Below are positions 30,585 to 40,356 of a stretch of 64,000 nucleotides of DNA, piece after piece. Below the pieces are notes generated by a model. The model saw only the letters and a list, made by a program, of their open reading frames with translations. It was not told the origin of the DNA and searched no databases. The position numbers and the translations under genes were made by a program. The DNA comes from Desulfobacterales bacterium (lineage in GTDB: Bacteria; Desulfobacterota; Desulfobacteria; Desulfobacterales; UBA5616), in assembly GCA_046483495.1 (NCBI GenBank), contig JAWODC010000092.1:1-64000 (forward strand), given 5' to 3'. Numbering within the stretch: the first letter of the stretch is position 1; the number at the start of each line of letters is the position of its first letter.

Positions 30585-32243
30585 TTACATGTGTTCCGGT
30601 GCGGAGACGCCCAAAAGCGTCAACCCGTTGCGGATCACCTGGTTTACAGCGGACACCAGATACAGCCGGCCACGGGTTAACGGCGCATTATCCGATAAGA
30701 CCCTGTGTTTATTGTAGTAGGCATGAAAGGCGGATGCAAGGGTTATCAGATAAAACGTAATTCTGTGCGGCTCCAGAAGTTCGGCGCTGTTTTTCACGGT
30801 TTCAGGATAACCGTCCATCATTTTAATCAGTGCGGTTTCCTCGACCGCAGTGAGTCCGGCCAGGTCACCTGGATCACAATCGATATCCCCGTATCCGCGC
30901 TCGACTGCGTTACGGATGATGCTGGATATTCGGGCATGTACGTATTGGACGTAATATACCGGGTTTTCATTGGTTTTTTTCTTGGCGATTTCCAGATCGA
31001 ATTCCAGGGGGCTTTCATGGTGCCGGGTCAAAAAGATAAACCGTGCTGCATCGCTGCCCACTTCCTCCATTACATCTTTTAATGTGACGAATTCTCCGGC
31101 ACGGGTGGACATGGCGACAGGCTCTCCTTTCCGCAAAAGATTCACCAGTTGAACCAGGATGATTCCGAATGCGTCCGTTTCATGGCCGGAGGCGGTGATG
31201 CACGCCCGCATGCGGGGAATATAGCCGTGATGGTCCGCTCCCCATACGTCGATGATCCTGGAAAATCCTCGGCAAAACTTGTCCTCATGATAAGCGATAT
31301 CCGACGCAAAGTAAGTGGTCTCCCCATTGCTTCTTACCACCACGCGGTCTTTCTCGTCGCCGAATGACGAGGTTCTGAACCACCATGCTCCGTCTTTTTC
31401 ATAAACCAGGCCCTTTTGTTTAGAGGCATTCAAGGCCTGATCGATTTTTCCGTCATCGTACAGGGTCTGTTCACTGAACCAGGTATTATATCGGACACCG
31501 AAATGGTTCAGATCCGTTTTGATGCCGTCGAGAATATGGGCCGCGGCAAACCGGGCACATTTATTCACGGCGTCATTTTCATCCATTTTCAACAGGGCAT
31601 CGCCGCTCGAGGCCCGGATCATCTTCGCTATCTCGATAATATAGGATCCCTGATAGCAGTTCTCCGGAAATGTGCGATCAATACCGAACAAGGACTCGTA
31701 TCGCAGGTAGACACTGCGCCCCAACGTGGTGATCTGTCGCCCGGAATCATTGATATAATATTCCCGGTGTACATCATATCCGCAAAACGAAAGAATCCTT
31801 GCTACCGCATCCCCAACGGCGGCCCCTCTGCCGTGGCCAACGTGCAGCGGGCCGGTCGGGTTGGCGCTGACAAACTCAACCTGCACCCGTTCATTTTTTC
31901 CGATGTCAACGGAGCCGTAGGTTTCCTTTTGGGCATGAATGGTTTTCAAAACCGCATGCCAGGCGGAAGCGTTTATGAAAAAATTGATAAACCCCGGACC
32001 GGCGATTTCCACTTTTTCCAGAAGGCCCTCGGTATCTGGAATGCCGGCGACGACGGCCTCGGCGATGCGTTTAGGCGCCGATTTGAATGCGGATGCAGAT
32101 ACCATGGCAAAATTTGTGGAGAAATCGCCGTGGGTATCATATTTGGGCACCTCGATCGTTATGGGCGGAATGTCCGCGGGATCCAAGTCCTCGAAAGCAT
32201 TACGGACGGCCGCCGCAATCAGTTTTTGCAGCTTCTGCTTCAT
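30585..32243 (-). CDS. argS: Arginine--tRNA ligase
   Basis: [30 protein letters not shown] and YVQYVHAR motifs. Confidence 0.98.
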   Translation of the reverse strand: MKQKLQKLIAAAVRNAFEDLDPADIPPITIEVPKYDTHGDFSTNFAMVSASAFKSAPKRIAEAVVAGIPDTEGLLEKVEIAGPGFINFFINASAWHAVLKTIHAQKETYGSVDIGKNERVQVEFVSANPTGPLHVGHGRGAAVGDAVARILSFCGYDVHREYYINDSGRQITTLGRSVYLRYESLFGIDRTFPENCYQGSYIIEIAKMIRASSGDALLKMDENDAVNKCARFAAAHILDGIKTDLNHFGVRYNTWFSEQTLYDDGKIDQALNASKQKGLVYEKDGAWWFRTSSFGDEKDRVVVRSNGETTYFASDIAYHEDKFCRGFSRIIDVWGADHHGYIPRMRACITASGHETDAFGIILVQLVNLLRKGEPVAMSTRAGEFVTLKDVMEEVGSDAARFIFLTRHHESPLEFDLEIAKKKTNENPVYYVQYVHARISSIIRNAVERGYGDIDCDPGDLAGLTAVEETALIKMMDGYPETVKNSAELLEPHRITFYLITLASAFHAYYNKHRVLSDNAPLTRGRLYLVSAVNQVIRNGLTLLGVSAPEHM

Positions 32244-32377
32244 GAATCATCCTTACACCCGAATGAACGGAGGTACGCGAAGCACCCTTCGTCCAGGGTG
32301 GAAATTTTTGGATTCCTTCATAAGATGTTTTCCCTTGATAGTCAAGCGGCTTGGGTTGGCTGAGAGGACAATTTCAA

Positions 32378-32407
32378 TTGACAAGGCATCGCCTATCCGG
32401 TTATATT
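32378..32407 (+). promoter_or_regulatory. sigma70-type promoter of the Ni/Co uptake operon
   Basis: TTGACA at 32378-32383 with TATATT at 32402-32407. Confidence 0.55.
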
Positions 32408-32417
32408 ATTTTCAATA

Positions 32418-32528
32418 ACAGGTTGAAGCCTGTACGGATGACAACAACCGAAATGGGTAATATTCGGTTGCATCCCGAGCCACGAAGGCAGCCGTATCAT
32501 AGGATGGGTGTATTCGTGGTTTTTTTTT
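32418..32528 (+). promoter_or_regulatory. Structured 5' leader with intrinsic terminator (candidate riboswitch/attenuator)
   Basis: Three hairpins: ACAGGT-TGAA-GCCTGT; GGATG..CAACCGAA-loop-TTCGGTTG-CATCC; and GCCACGAA...TTCGTGGT followed by a T run just before the RBS. Confidence 0.65.
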
Positions 32529-32547
32529 GGAAAAAATGGAGGACCCA

Positions 32548-33321
32548 ATGAAAAAGGGAATAGGATCAAGCATTCTCGTCATGGTGATGTTTTTGTGGCT
32601 TCGACCGGGAATGGCGCATTATGGTATGGTCATCGTGTCCGACAGCATGGTAACGCAGGAAGATGATCGTGCGGTGAGCGTCACCCTGTCTTTTTCACAT
32701 CCCTTTGAAGGCATCGGTATGGAACTGGTCAAGCCGGCGGATTTCGGCGTCATGTCCGATGGAAAGAAACAGGACCTGCTGAGCTTTCTGAATAAAACCC
32801 AGGTAATGGGCCATACGGCATGGACGGCGGATTACCGCATTCAGCGTCCGGGCACCTACTCTTTCTACATGGAGCCGGTTCCCTATTGGGAGCCGATCGA
32901 AGACTGCTATATCGTTCACTATACCAAAACCGTTACGGCGGCATTTGGAGAAGATGACGGTTGGGACGAACCCGTCGGATTGAAAGCGGAAATAATACCC
33001 CTCTCCAGACCATACGGCCTTTATGCGGGAAACGTTTTTCAGGGCAAGGTTCTCGTGGAAGGAAAGCCCCTGCCCGATGCCACGGTTGAGGTTGAATACT
33101 ACAACCGAAAAGGAAGATACAAGGCTGCGACGGATTACCTGATCACCCAGCGCGTAAAGACAGACGCCAATGGCATATTTGCCTATGCAGCCCCTGCCGC
33201 AGGTTGGTGGGGATTTGCCGCATTGACTACCGCCGATAAAACGATGCCTTACGACGGTGAGGAAAAGGAAGTTGAAATCGGAGCCGTTTTATGGGTTGAA
33301 TTTCATGAGTTCGGCAAATGA
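32548..33321 (+). CDS. DUF4198 periplasmic protein (NikK-like Ni/Co transport accessory)
   Basis: Signal peptide ending at AHYG, SHPFEG, PYWEP.ED.YIVH and [13 protein letters not shown] segments, upstream of cbiM. Confidence 0.88.
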   Translation: MKKGIGSSILVMVMFLWLRPGMAHYGMVIVSDSMVTQEDDRAVSVTLSFSHPFEGIGMELVKPADFGVMSDGKKQDLLSFLNKTQVMGHTAWTADYRIQRPGTYSFYMEPVPYWEPIEDCYIVHYTKTVTAAFGEDDGWDEPVGLKAEIIPLSRPYGLYAGNVFQGKVLVEGKPLPDATVEVEYYNRKGRYKAATDYLITQRVKTDANGIFAYAAPAAGWWGFAALTTADKTMPYDGEEKEVEIGAVLWVEFHEFGK

Positions 33322-33371
33322 AACAGGCTACATGTCTGTTCAGCCGAAAAAACAGATGATAAAGGAACCGT

Positions 33372-33980
33372 ATGCATATTTCCGAAGGCGTATTGTCGGG
33401 TCCCGTTTTGGTTTCCGGATATGCTCTGGCGGCTGCCGGTACCGCGCTCGGGCTTAAAAAGCTGGATTATGAAAAAATTGCCCAGGTGGGAATCCTCGGC
33501 GCTTCTTTTTTTGTCGCGTCCTTGATTCATATTCCGATCGGACCTGCCAATGCCCACTTGATTCTAAACGGCATCGTCGGTTTGCTGCTGGGGTGGGGTG
33601 CTTTTCCAGCCATTTTGGTGGCGTTGACCCTTCAAGCGGTTCTGTTTCAATTCGGCGGGATCACCCCCCTGGGGGTCAACACGGTGATTATGGCAGTGCC
33701 GGCGGTGACCGGATTCTATCTTTTCGGATGGATGGTGCGGAGAAAGCCGGACTTGACCGCTGTCGCCGCTTTTTTCTGCGGGTTTGGGGCGGTTTTTTTC
33801 TCAGCGATCATTGCAGGGGCCGCCCTCATGTTTACCGAAGACGATTTTCTAAAAATTGCCTATCTTCTCGTGGCCGCCCATCTGCCGGTCATGGTGGTCG
33901 AAGGAATTGTAACGGCCTTTTGCGTGGGATTTTTAAAAAAGGTCCGGCCGGAAATATTGGCTGCCCATCATCAGGGATAA
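33372..33980 (+). CDS. cbiM: ECF-type Co/Ni transporter S component CbiM/NikM
   Basis: Metal-binding N-terminus MHISEG, FFVASLIH.P.GP..AHL and FQFGG motifs. Confidence 0.93.
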   Translation: MHISEGVLSGPVLVSGYALAAAGTALGLKKLDYEKIAQVGILGASFFVASLIHIPIGPANAHLILNGIVGLLLGWGAFPAILVALTLQAVLFQFGGITPLGVNTVIMAVPAVTGFYLFGWMVRRKPDLTAVAAFFCGFGAVFFSAIIAGAALMFTEDDFLKIAYLLVAAHLPVMVVEGIVTAFCVGFLKKVRPEILAAHHQG

Positions 33981-34046
33981 CGGCATTCCCGGCTACAAGC
34001 CGCTCCGCGCGCCGATACGGCGGATGCTGCGGCATAAGGAGCAACT

Positions 34047-34664
34047 ATGAAAAACCAACGCCGGAAAAATGATATGCCTTATGTCATATCGATAGTACTA
34101 TTCTGCGTTTTCGCCGCGCAAAACGTGCAGGCGCACCGGGTCAACGTGTTTGCATGGGTTGAAGGTAACCGCGTGTTTACCGAAAGCACATTGAGCAGGG
34201 GCAAAGCCGTTTCGGGCGGCGACATCACCGTATATGACAGTTCCAATCGGATTTTGCTGAAAGGAAAAACAGACGATCAGGGTGAATTTACGTTCATTCT
34301 GCCCCAAAAACCGCCGCTGATTATCGAATTGAACGCCGGCATGGGTCACCGGGCGCAATGGACCCTTTTGCCTGACGATGCCGACGGCAATGCCTCTTCA
34401 GCGGAAGGCGATGCCGCCGGCATGGAACCGAAACCGGAAACGGTTTTCCCATTGACGGAAAACGGAAGCCATATCTCCGTCCCGCAGCTGGAAGCCGCCC
34501 TGGAAAGAGCCCTGGATAAACAACTCAAACCCATTATCCGAATGCTTGTCGATAACGGGAACGAACCGTCCCTAACGGACATTATCGGTGGAATCGGATA
34601 TATTTTCGGCATCTTCGGCATTATCGCCTATTTGCGGGCCCGTTCATTGATGAAGAAGGATTAG
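34047..34664 (+). CDS. NikL/CbiL-like accessory membrane protein of Ni/Co uptake
   Basis: Signal peptide ending at AHRVNVFA, GKTDDQGEF, AGMGH and a C-terminal TM DIIGGIGYIFG. Confidence 0.8.
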   Translation: MKNQRRKNDMPYVISIVLFCVFAAQNVQAHRVNVFAWVEGNRVFTESTLSRGKAVSGGDITVYDSSNRILLKGKTDDQGEFTFILPQKPPLIIELNAGMGHRAQWTLLPDDADGNASSAEGDAAGMEPKPETVFPLTENGSHISVPQLEAALERALDKQLKPIIRMLVDNGNEPSLTDIIGGIGYIFGIFGIIAYLRARSLMKKD

Positions 34665-34681
34665 CTCAGACGCTCCGGTTT

Positions 34682-35083
34682 TCATTTGACTTCAAACCGG
34701 CCTTCCATTCCCAGAGTGGTATGAAATGGAATATCACAGTAAAAGGGGTATATACCGGGTGCGCGCAGGTCCAAACGCAATTCTCCGGATTTTCCGCCTG
34801 CAAGGTCCACCGTTGCAATGATTTCTTCCTCGGGATTTTTTACTGTTAGATTATGTTTGCTATCGGATACGTTGGTCAGATGGATCAGGAGTGTTCCTCC
34901 ATTTTCAAGAACGATATGGTCGGGTTTGTAATAAAAGCTGCCCATTTCCATCGTCAATGCTTCGGGGCGATCCATATGTATGGTTTCCGATTCCTCCTGA
35001 ACTCCTGCACAAGCACTGCATAGCATGAAGACGGTTGGGATCAGCAGCGGAAAACATATGGTATGTTGTCGTTTATCCTTCAT
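34682..35083 (-). CDS. Cupredoxin-domain lipoprotein
   Basis: HN...YPFYCDIPFHTTLGMEG carries the type-1 Cu ligands. Lipobox-like LCSAC. Confidence 0.85.
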   Translation of the reverse strand: MKDKRQHTICFPLLIPTVFMLCSACAGVQEESETIHMDRPEALTMEMGSFYYKPDHIVLENGGTLLIHLTNVSDSKHNLTVKNPEEEIIATVDLAGGKSGELRLDLRAPGIYPFYCDIPFHTTLGMEGRFEVK

Positions 35084-36431
35084 CTTGGTCGAACATCCGG
35101 GCCAGGGTCGGCAAATTTTCAGCATAGGTCGGATGAATATGTTGTGCGGATTCGAGCTGCCGCCAGGTGGCTTCAGCCTCGATCAAATCCAGGAGAATGT
35201 GTATCAATTCACCGGCTTCGTATCCCACAAGCGTCGCCCCGATAATCCGATCCGTCCGGGCATCCACCACCAGTTCATAGAACCCCGAACGATGCCCCCA
35301 TTCGATGGCCCGGGCCATGTTTTTTACCTCCATACGTCTGGATATGGCCTCAAAGCCCTGCCGCCGGGCTTCTTCCAGACTGAAACCGGCTCTGGCCAGT
35401 TGCGGTTCCGTAAATGCCGCATAACCGAGTACCCGGTCGTTGGGGCTGCGGTCGATGCCGCTGAGCACGCCGAGAAGCCGCCTGTAGTCTTCCCAGGCCA
35501 CATGGGTGAACGGCGGTTGGCCTGCGGCCTCACCGATGGCATAAACACCCTTGCGGGTGCTTTCAAATCGTTCATCGATGGTGATGCAGCCTCGGTCATC
35601 CAATTCAATGCCTGCCGAGGCCGCATTCAGTGCATCGGTGTTGGGCCGTCGACCGGCGGCAATCAACAGTGCGTCGCCTTCCAAAGTGGTGTTGTCGCTC
35701 AGTTGAACGTGGTAAACCTCATCTGTATAGTCCACCCGATCGATTTGTGCAGCCAAATGGAAGCGTATGCCGTCTGTTTCAAGCGCCTCCTTGAGCACCG
35801 CACTCACTTCCGGGCCTTCTCTAATCATCGGACGGTCCCCTTGATCGATGATTCGGACTCGGCTGCCAAGTCGCGCCAAACCCTGCCCGATCTCGAGTCC
35901 GATATAGCCCGCACCCAATATGATGGTCCGCTTCGGCAGATGTTCGAGATCCCAGAAGTTTCTGTCGGTCAAGAACGGGACGCCGTTCAGTCCTTCTAAA
36001 GGAGGGGCAATGGGGGAGCTTCCCGTATCGACAATCACAAGGGGCGCCGAAAAACGCTCTGTACCGGCACAGACATGTCCTTCGTCATCAAACGCAGCCT
36101 CTTTTCGAATGAGAGTTACACCCGCCCGCTGCAGCCGCTGTTCCGATCCTTCCGTGAAGTTGTCTCGAATCCTGCGAACACGTTCCATAACACGAGCAAA
36201 ATCGATATCGATTTTGACGATCAGCCCGAAATGCTCAGCATCTCGGGCCCTTCCGGCGGCATGGGCTGCAGCCAGAAATGCCTTGGACGGCGTACATCCC
36301 CAATTGATGCAACTCCCTCCCACACGGCTGCGCTCGAACATAACCACTGCTTTTCCCTGACGGGAAAATTCAGCGGCCAGTGGTACGCCCCCTTGCCCGC
36401 TGCCGATAACGATGGCGTCGACGTGTTTCAT
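35073..36431 (-). CDS. Class I pyridine nucleotide-disulfide oxidoreductase (MerA/Lpd/RclA-like)
   Basis: GSGQGG, redox-active GGSCINWGCTPSK, GAGYIGLE and HPT.AE motifs. No C-terminal CC as in MerA. Confidence 0.9.
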   Translation of the reverse strand: MKHVDAIVIGSGQGGVPLAAEFSRQGKAVVMFERSRVGGSCINWGCTPSKAFLAAAHAAGRARDAEHFGLIVKIDIDFARVMERVRRIRDNFTEGSEQRLQRAGVTLIRKEAAFDDEGHVCAGTERFSAPLVIVDTGSSPIAPPLEGLNGVPFLTDRNFWDLEHLPKRTIILGAGYIGLEIGQGLARLGSRVRIIDQGDRPMIREGPEVSAVLKEALETDGIRFHLAAQIDRVDYTDEVYHVQLSDNTTLEGDALLIAAGRRPNTDALNAASAGIELDDRGCITIDERFESTRKGVYAIGEAAGQPPFTHVAWEDYRRLLGVLSGIDRSPNDRVLGYAAFTEPQLARAGFSLEEARRQGFEAISRRMEVKNMARAIEWGHRSGFYELVVDARTDRIIGATLVGYEAGELIHILLDLIEAEATWRQLESAQHIHPTYAENLPTLARMFDQDEG

Positions 36432-36566
36432 CGTCGATTCTCCTGACTTTTGGGAAATGCTTATCCAAGGTTTTTCGGTATCTTCAAATCTATCATTACA
36501 GGATGGACACGATCGATGGGTGTAAACCCCGATTAACCGGTTCACGAGGCTTTAGTTCCATTGCTT

Positions 36567-37523
36567 TCATGGCTTTTTTGCTTTCTCTATTTCCATGAAA
36601 AGCTTTCCGCGGCTGAAAATTCGGACATCCCCGGTGGATTCCGAGATTACCACGGCAATGGCTTTGCTCAGTGCCGTAATACCGGCTGCGCTTCGGTGCC
36701 GGGATCCCAGTCCTTGAGGCAGTTCAGAAGTTTCCACGGATGGGGAAAGATGCCGGCCGGCGGCCAGAATGGTTCCTTCATCGCTGATGACAAATGCCCC
36801 GTCGATGGTTGAAAATTCTCGGATGGTTTCTTTCAATGACGGATCTAAAATATTTCGTTCGGTTTCCGGAACTCCTGAAAAGGGATTGATAACCATTTGA
36901 CTGGACATTTCCATTACTTTTTCGTGATCGCCTAAAATAAATGAAGTGCCGACAGGTCTGCCTTCTTTGCCTTCCTCCGCCAGTTCCAAAACCAGGGTCA
37001 GCAGCCGTTCAAATACTTCGGGGTGAATAATCAAATTGGATATGTCCAGCGTACTGGAAGAGAACATTTCAAATTCGCGATCCAGATCCAATACTGCAAT
37101 GTTGTCGAGAATGCCGTATTTCGGTGAGCCGGACAAACACACCAGTCGGTCGTTTCGATTGATGAGCCCCTTTGACAGGGCGATCATCGCTGCAACTTTG
37201 ACCTGGGCATACCGGTTCAAATTCATGTAAGGGACTTTTATGATCCGATCGGCTGTTCCTTCCATGACGAACAACTCGTCAAGTACATGCTTTCCCCTGG
37301 CAGCCAGAATACAGCGGCACCCTTTCAGCAGGTCTTCGAAATTTTTGCGTGACCGAATCAGATCCACATAAATCAGCATCGCACTTGCACCGATTTCATC
37401 TGCAATTTGCCGGCCGTGGCGGATCATCGAGGCGTTGATAGCCTCCATGGAAGCCTTGCTTTCATCTTCTTCGCCGACTTTTTTGCACTGCTCTTTAAAC
37501 GCGTTGGTATCCTCGTTAATCAT
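36567..37523 (-). CDS. Diadenylate cyclase (DisA_N domain, DacZ-like)
   Basis: Catalytic DGA (STIDGAF) and RHR (GLGSRHRSAA) motifs plus EGKEG..GT and SESTG. N-terminal alpha/beta domain, no TM and no HhH. Confidence 0.88.
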   Translation of the reverse strand: MINEDTNAFKEQCKKVGEEDESKASMEAINASMIRHGRQIADEIGASAMLIYVDLIRSRKNFEDLLKGCRCILAARGKHVLDELFVMEGTADRIIKVPYMNLNRYAQVKVAAMIALSKGLINRNDRLVCLSGSPKYGILDNIAVLDLDREFEMFSSSTLDISNLIIHPEVFERLLTLVLELAEEGKEGRPVGTSFILGDHEKVMEMSSQMVINPFSGVPETERNILDPSLKETIREFSTIDGAFVISDEGTILAAGRHLSPSVETSELPQGLGSRHRSAAGITALSKAIAVVISESTGDVRIFSRGKLFMEIEKAKKP

Positions 37524-37903
37524 AGGCTGCCTCAATTACCAACTTTTTGTCCGGGTTCGGTTCCAAATATTCATTTGATATCACGTGTTTTTTTGCTGGT
37601 TTTTTGGCGACTGCAGTAACGGTATCAGCATCGTTCCCGGACGGAAATCAAAGTCTTTACCTGTCAACATAAATCAGAATGCGACATGCGCAAGAAGGCA
37701 TTGCGAATTTTTCGCGTACTATGAAAATCCGACGAACGGGTTGGAGTGCCGAGAAAAAATGAAGACATGGGATTTGGGGGTCACCTCGTTTGTGGAATCG
37801 ATTTTATTACTGGATAGCCTCAAGTTTAGGATGGATGGCAGCTTGTAATCGGTATATGTTTTTGATAAGCGATGATTATGTTATTCGGACTGACGAGGTC
37901 ATT

Positions 37904-38827
37904 ATGAAAAGACTGCAAAGATCGATACCTGTTTTGAAAACGATGTTTATCGTTAATCTGATTGGGCTTGGCGTTTTTTTACTGCAGGGTACCTATGAAC
38001 TCGGTTATGCCGAATCATTTCGGTTCGTCTTTATGACCGACATCCATCTGCAACCCGAACGGGGCGCGGATGAGGCGTTCGAACAGGCGATTACAACAGT
38101 GAATAACCTTCGCCCCGATTTTGTCGTGACCGGCGGCGACCTCGTTATGGATACGCTGGAACAAACATTCAAGCGTTCCGTCGAACTGTTCGACCTTTAC
38201 GCGAAGCGGTGTGAGCAATTCGATATGCCGGTGTATAATGCCATTGGTAACCATGACGTCTTCGGGTTATATGAAAAAGGCGTAATTGACACGGATCATC
38301 CCGAATACGGCAAGAAGATGTTCAAAAAAAGGGTCGCAGATCGCACATACCGATCTTTCGATCATGAAGGGTGGCATTTCATTCTCCTGGATTCCATAGG
38401 CATCACCGATGATCGGCGGTATATCGGAAGAATCGATGCCGATCAGATCCGGTGGATCGAAAATGATCTTAAGGATATCGATAAATCCACTCCAATTGCT
38501 ATCATCACCCATATTCCTTTCGTATCCATCACGTCGCAATTAAGAAGCGGTGCAACCGCTTCTATGCCGCCGCATTCAGGCGTTGTCAACAGCCATCAGG
38601 TGTTGGCCTTGTTCAAGGGCTACAACCTGAGGCTGGTTCTGCAGGGTCATTTGCATATCGTGGAAGAGTCCATTATCGGCGGTATCCATTTTATTACCGG
38701 CGGTGCCGTAAGCGGCAAGTGGTGGGAAGGGCCGTTTCACGGATTTCCGGAAGGGTTTTTGCTGATCGAAGTGGATGACGACGACTTTTCATGGAAATTT
38801 CAAACGTATCGTAAGGATCCTTCGTAA
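37904..38827 (+). CDS. Calcineurin-like metallophosphoesterase, probably exported
   Basis: DIH, GGD, GNHD, THIP and GHLH motifs, with an N-terminal hydrophobic segment. Confidence 0.92.
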   Translation: MKRLQRSIPVLKTMFIVNLIGLGVFLLQGTYELGYAESFRFVFMTDIHLQPERGADEAFEQAITTVNNLRPDFVVTGGDLVMDTLEQTFKRSVELFDLYAKRCEQFDMPVYNAIGNHDVFGLYEKGVIDTDHPEYGKKMFKKRVADRTYRSFDHEGWHFILLDSIGITDDRRYIGRIDADQIRWIENDLKDIDKSTPIAIITHIPFVSITSQLRSGATASMPPHSGVVNSHQVLALFKGYNLRLVLQGHLHIVEESIIGGIHFITGGAVSGKWWEGPFHGFPEGFLLIEVDDDDFSWKFQTYRKDPS

Positions 38828-39201
38828 TTCACACGTTCAATAAGGGGCGGGAAGACCGTTCCCGCCCGACTCATTACTGCCGCCGCTGCCTGCGCTCCTG
38901 TTGGGCTTGGGGTACCGACCAATCGATTCCCGAATCCCACATAGGCGGTCAGGCATTCGAATGCAGGAAAAAATTGAAAGGTTTTACGCTGCCGAAAAAA
39001 AATGAGAAGATGGTTGAATTTTTCAACATCTCGGTAAAGCTTGCTCGAGATGATGCCTGCAATCGGGCACAATCTTTACAGGTTTCAGCTGATTTACGGC
39101 TGAATTATTTAGTATTATATTGAATTGATAAATGCAGGCGAAAGAGAGGGCGGCAAAACCGGCCGGTATGCAGAAAAGATAAAGGAGCCCATTGAAACAC
39201 C

Positions 39202-39714
39202 TTGGAAGGGCTGAACGGAAAAGACTTGGAAAGCCTGGAAAATAGTCACTCCGACAAGCGTAAAGAACGAGAGCGTTATCGTGAACTGTTGGAGGAATTG
39301 CGCACCATTATACCGGGTGCACAGGTATTGTTTGCATTTTTATTGACCGTGCCGTTCTCCTCCCGATTTTCAGGAATAGATCGTCTCGGCAAAATCATTT
39401 TTACCATTTCAATCATTGCCGTAGCGGCTTCCACCATCCTGTTTTTATCCCCGGCCGCGTACCATCGACTTGCAAACCGTGAGGACCGGCTGGGACGGCT
39501 GCGTTTTGGAATTAAAACGACGTTGGCAGGCTTGTCCCTGTTAGCCGTGTCAATGACCTGTGCTCTTTTCGTGGTTATTCGTTTCCTGTTTGACAGCCCC
39601 GGTTTCAGTGCCGTTGTCGCTGCCGCCATTGCCGGGTTGACGCTTGTCACATGGTACATCCTTCCTTTTGTTCGGCGAAAACGATCCGGTGGAAAATCGG
39701 AAACGCAAATTTAG
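39202..39714 (+). CDS. DUF6328-like membrane protein
   Basis: ELLEELR...PG.QVLFAFLLTVPF and P.AYHR segments, four TM helices. Confidence 0.75.
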   Translation: MEGLNGKDLESLENSHSDKRKERERYRELLEELRTIIPGAQVLFAFLLTVPFSSRFSGIDRLGKIIFTISIIAVAASTILFLSPAAYHRLANREDRLGRLRFGIKTTLAGLSLLAVSMTCALFVVIRFLFDSPGFSAVVAAAIAGLTLVTWYILPFVRRKRSGGKSETQI

Positions 39715-39772
39715 AGGTTTTAAAATTCAGAAACCGGTATGCGATTAAATAACCGAGATAGAGAGGATAAAG

Positions 39773-40189
39773 ATGAAATCTTACCGTAAAGAATTATGGT
39801 TCAATGTACCGACACGGCGGGCGTTTATCAATATTACACCACAGGTCGAGGAATGCCTGAAAAAGAGCGGTATTCGCGATGGTTTGATACTGGTCAATGC
39901 CATGCACATAACGGCCTCGGTGTTTATCAATGATGATGAATCCGGGCTGCATAAGGATTATGACGAATGGCTGGAAAGGCTGGCGCCTCATGAGCCGGTC
40001 TCGAGCTACCGGCACAATGTGGGCGAGGATAATGCCGATGCCCATATGAAGCGCCAGATAATGGGACGGGAGGTGGTGGTTGCGGTAACCGACGGAAAAA
40101 TGGATTTCGGCACCTGGGAGCAGATATTTTATGGTGAATTCGACGGCCGGAGAAATAAACGCGTACTGGTGAAAATTATCGGGCAATGA
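39773..40189 (+). CDS. YjbQ/UPF0047 family protein
   Basis: HITAS..IN, NADAHMK and GTWEQIF..EFDG motifs. Confidence 0.93.
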   Translation: MKSYRKELWFNVPTRRAFINITPQVEECLKKSGIRDGLILVNAMHITASVFINDDESGLHKDYDEWLERLAPHEPVSSYRHNVGEDNADAHMKRQIMGREVVVAVTDGKMDFGTWEQIFYGEFDGRRNKRVLVKIIGQ

Positions 40190-40311
40190 ACTTTGAGCGA
40201 TTTCGGCCTGGGTCGTCTACAGAAGAGCAGGACGGGATGTCCGACACCGCGGACAGGGGCTTTACGGCGAGTTTGAACGGCATTTAAGCCGCATGGCGTA
40301 AACCCTGAAAT

Positions 40312-40344
40312 AAAAAAACCCGGCTTTTTCAAGCCGGGTTTTTT
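40312..40344. terminator. Bidirectional intrinsic terminator between the convergent yjbQ-like gene and cooS
   Basis: AAAAAAACCCGGCTT-TTTC-AAGCCGGGTTTTTT. Confidence 0.85.
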
Positions 40345-40356
40345 AATCGCCTTTTC

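Noticed and set aside
31416..32363. 315-aa plus-strand ORF
   Set aside because: Antisense shadow of argS.
35025..35999. 324-aa plus-strand ORF
   Set aside because: Antisense shadow of the disulfide oxidoreductase.
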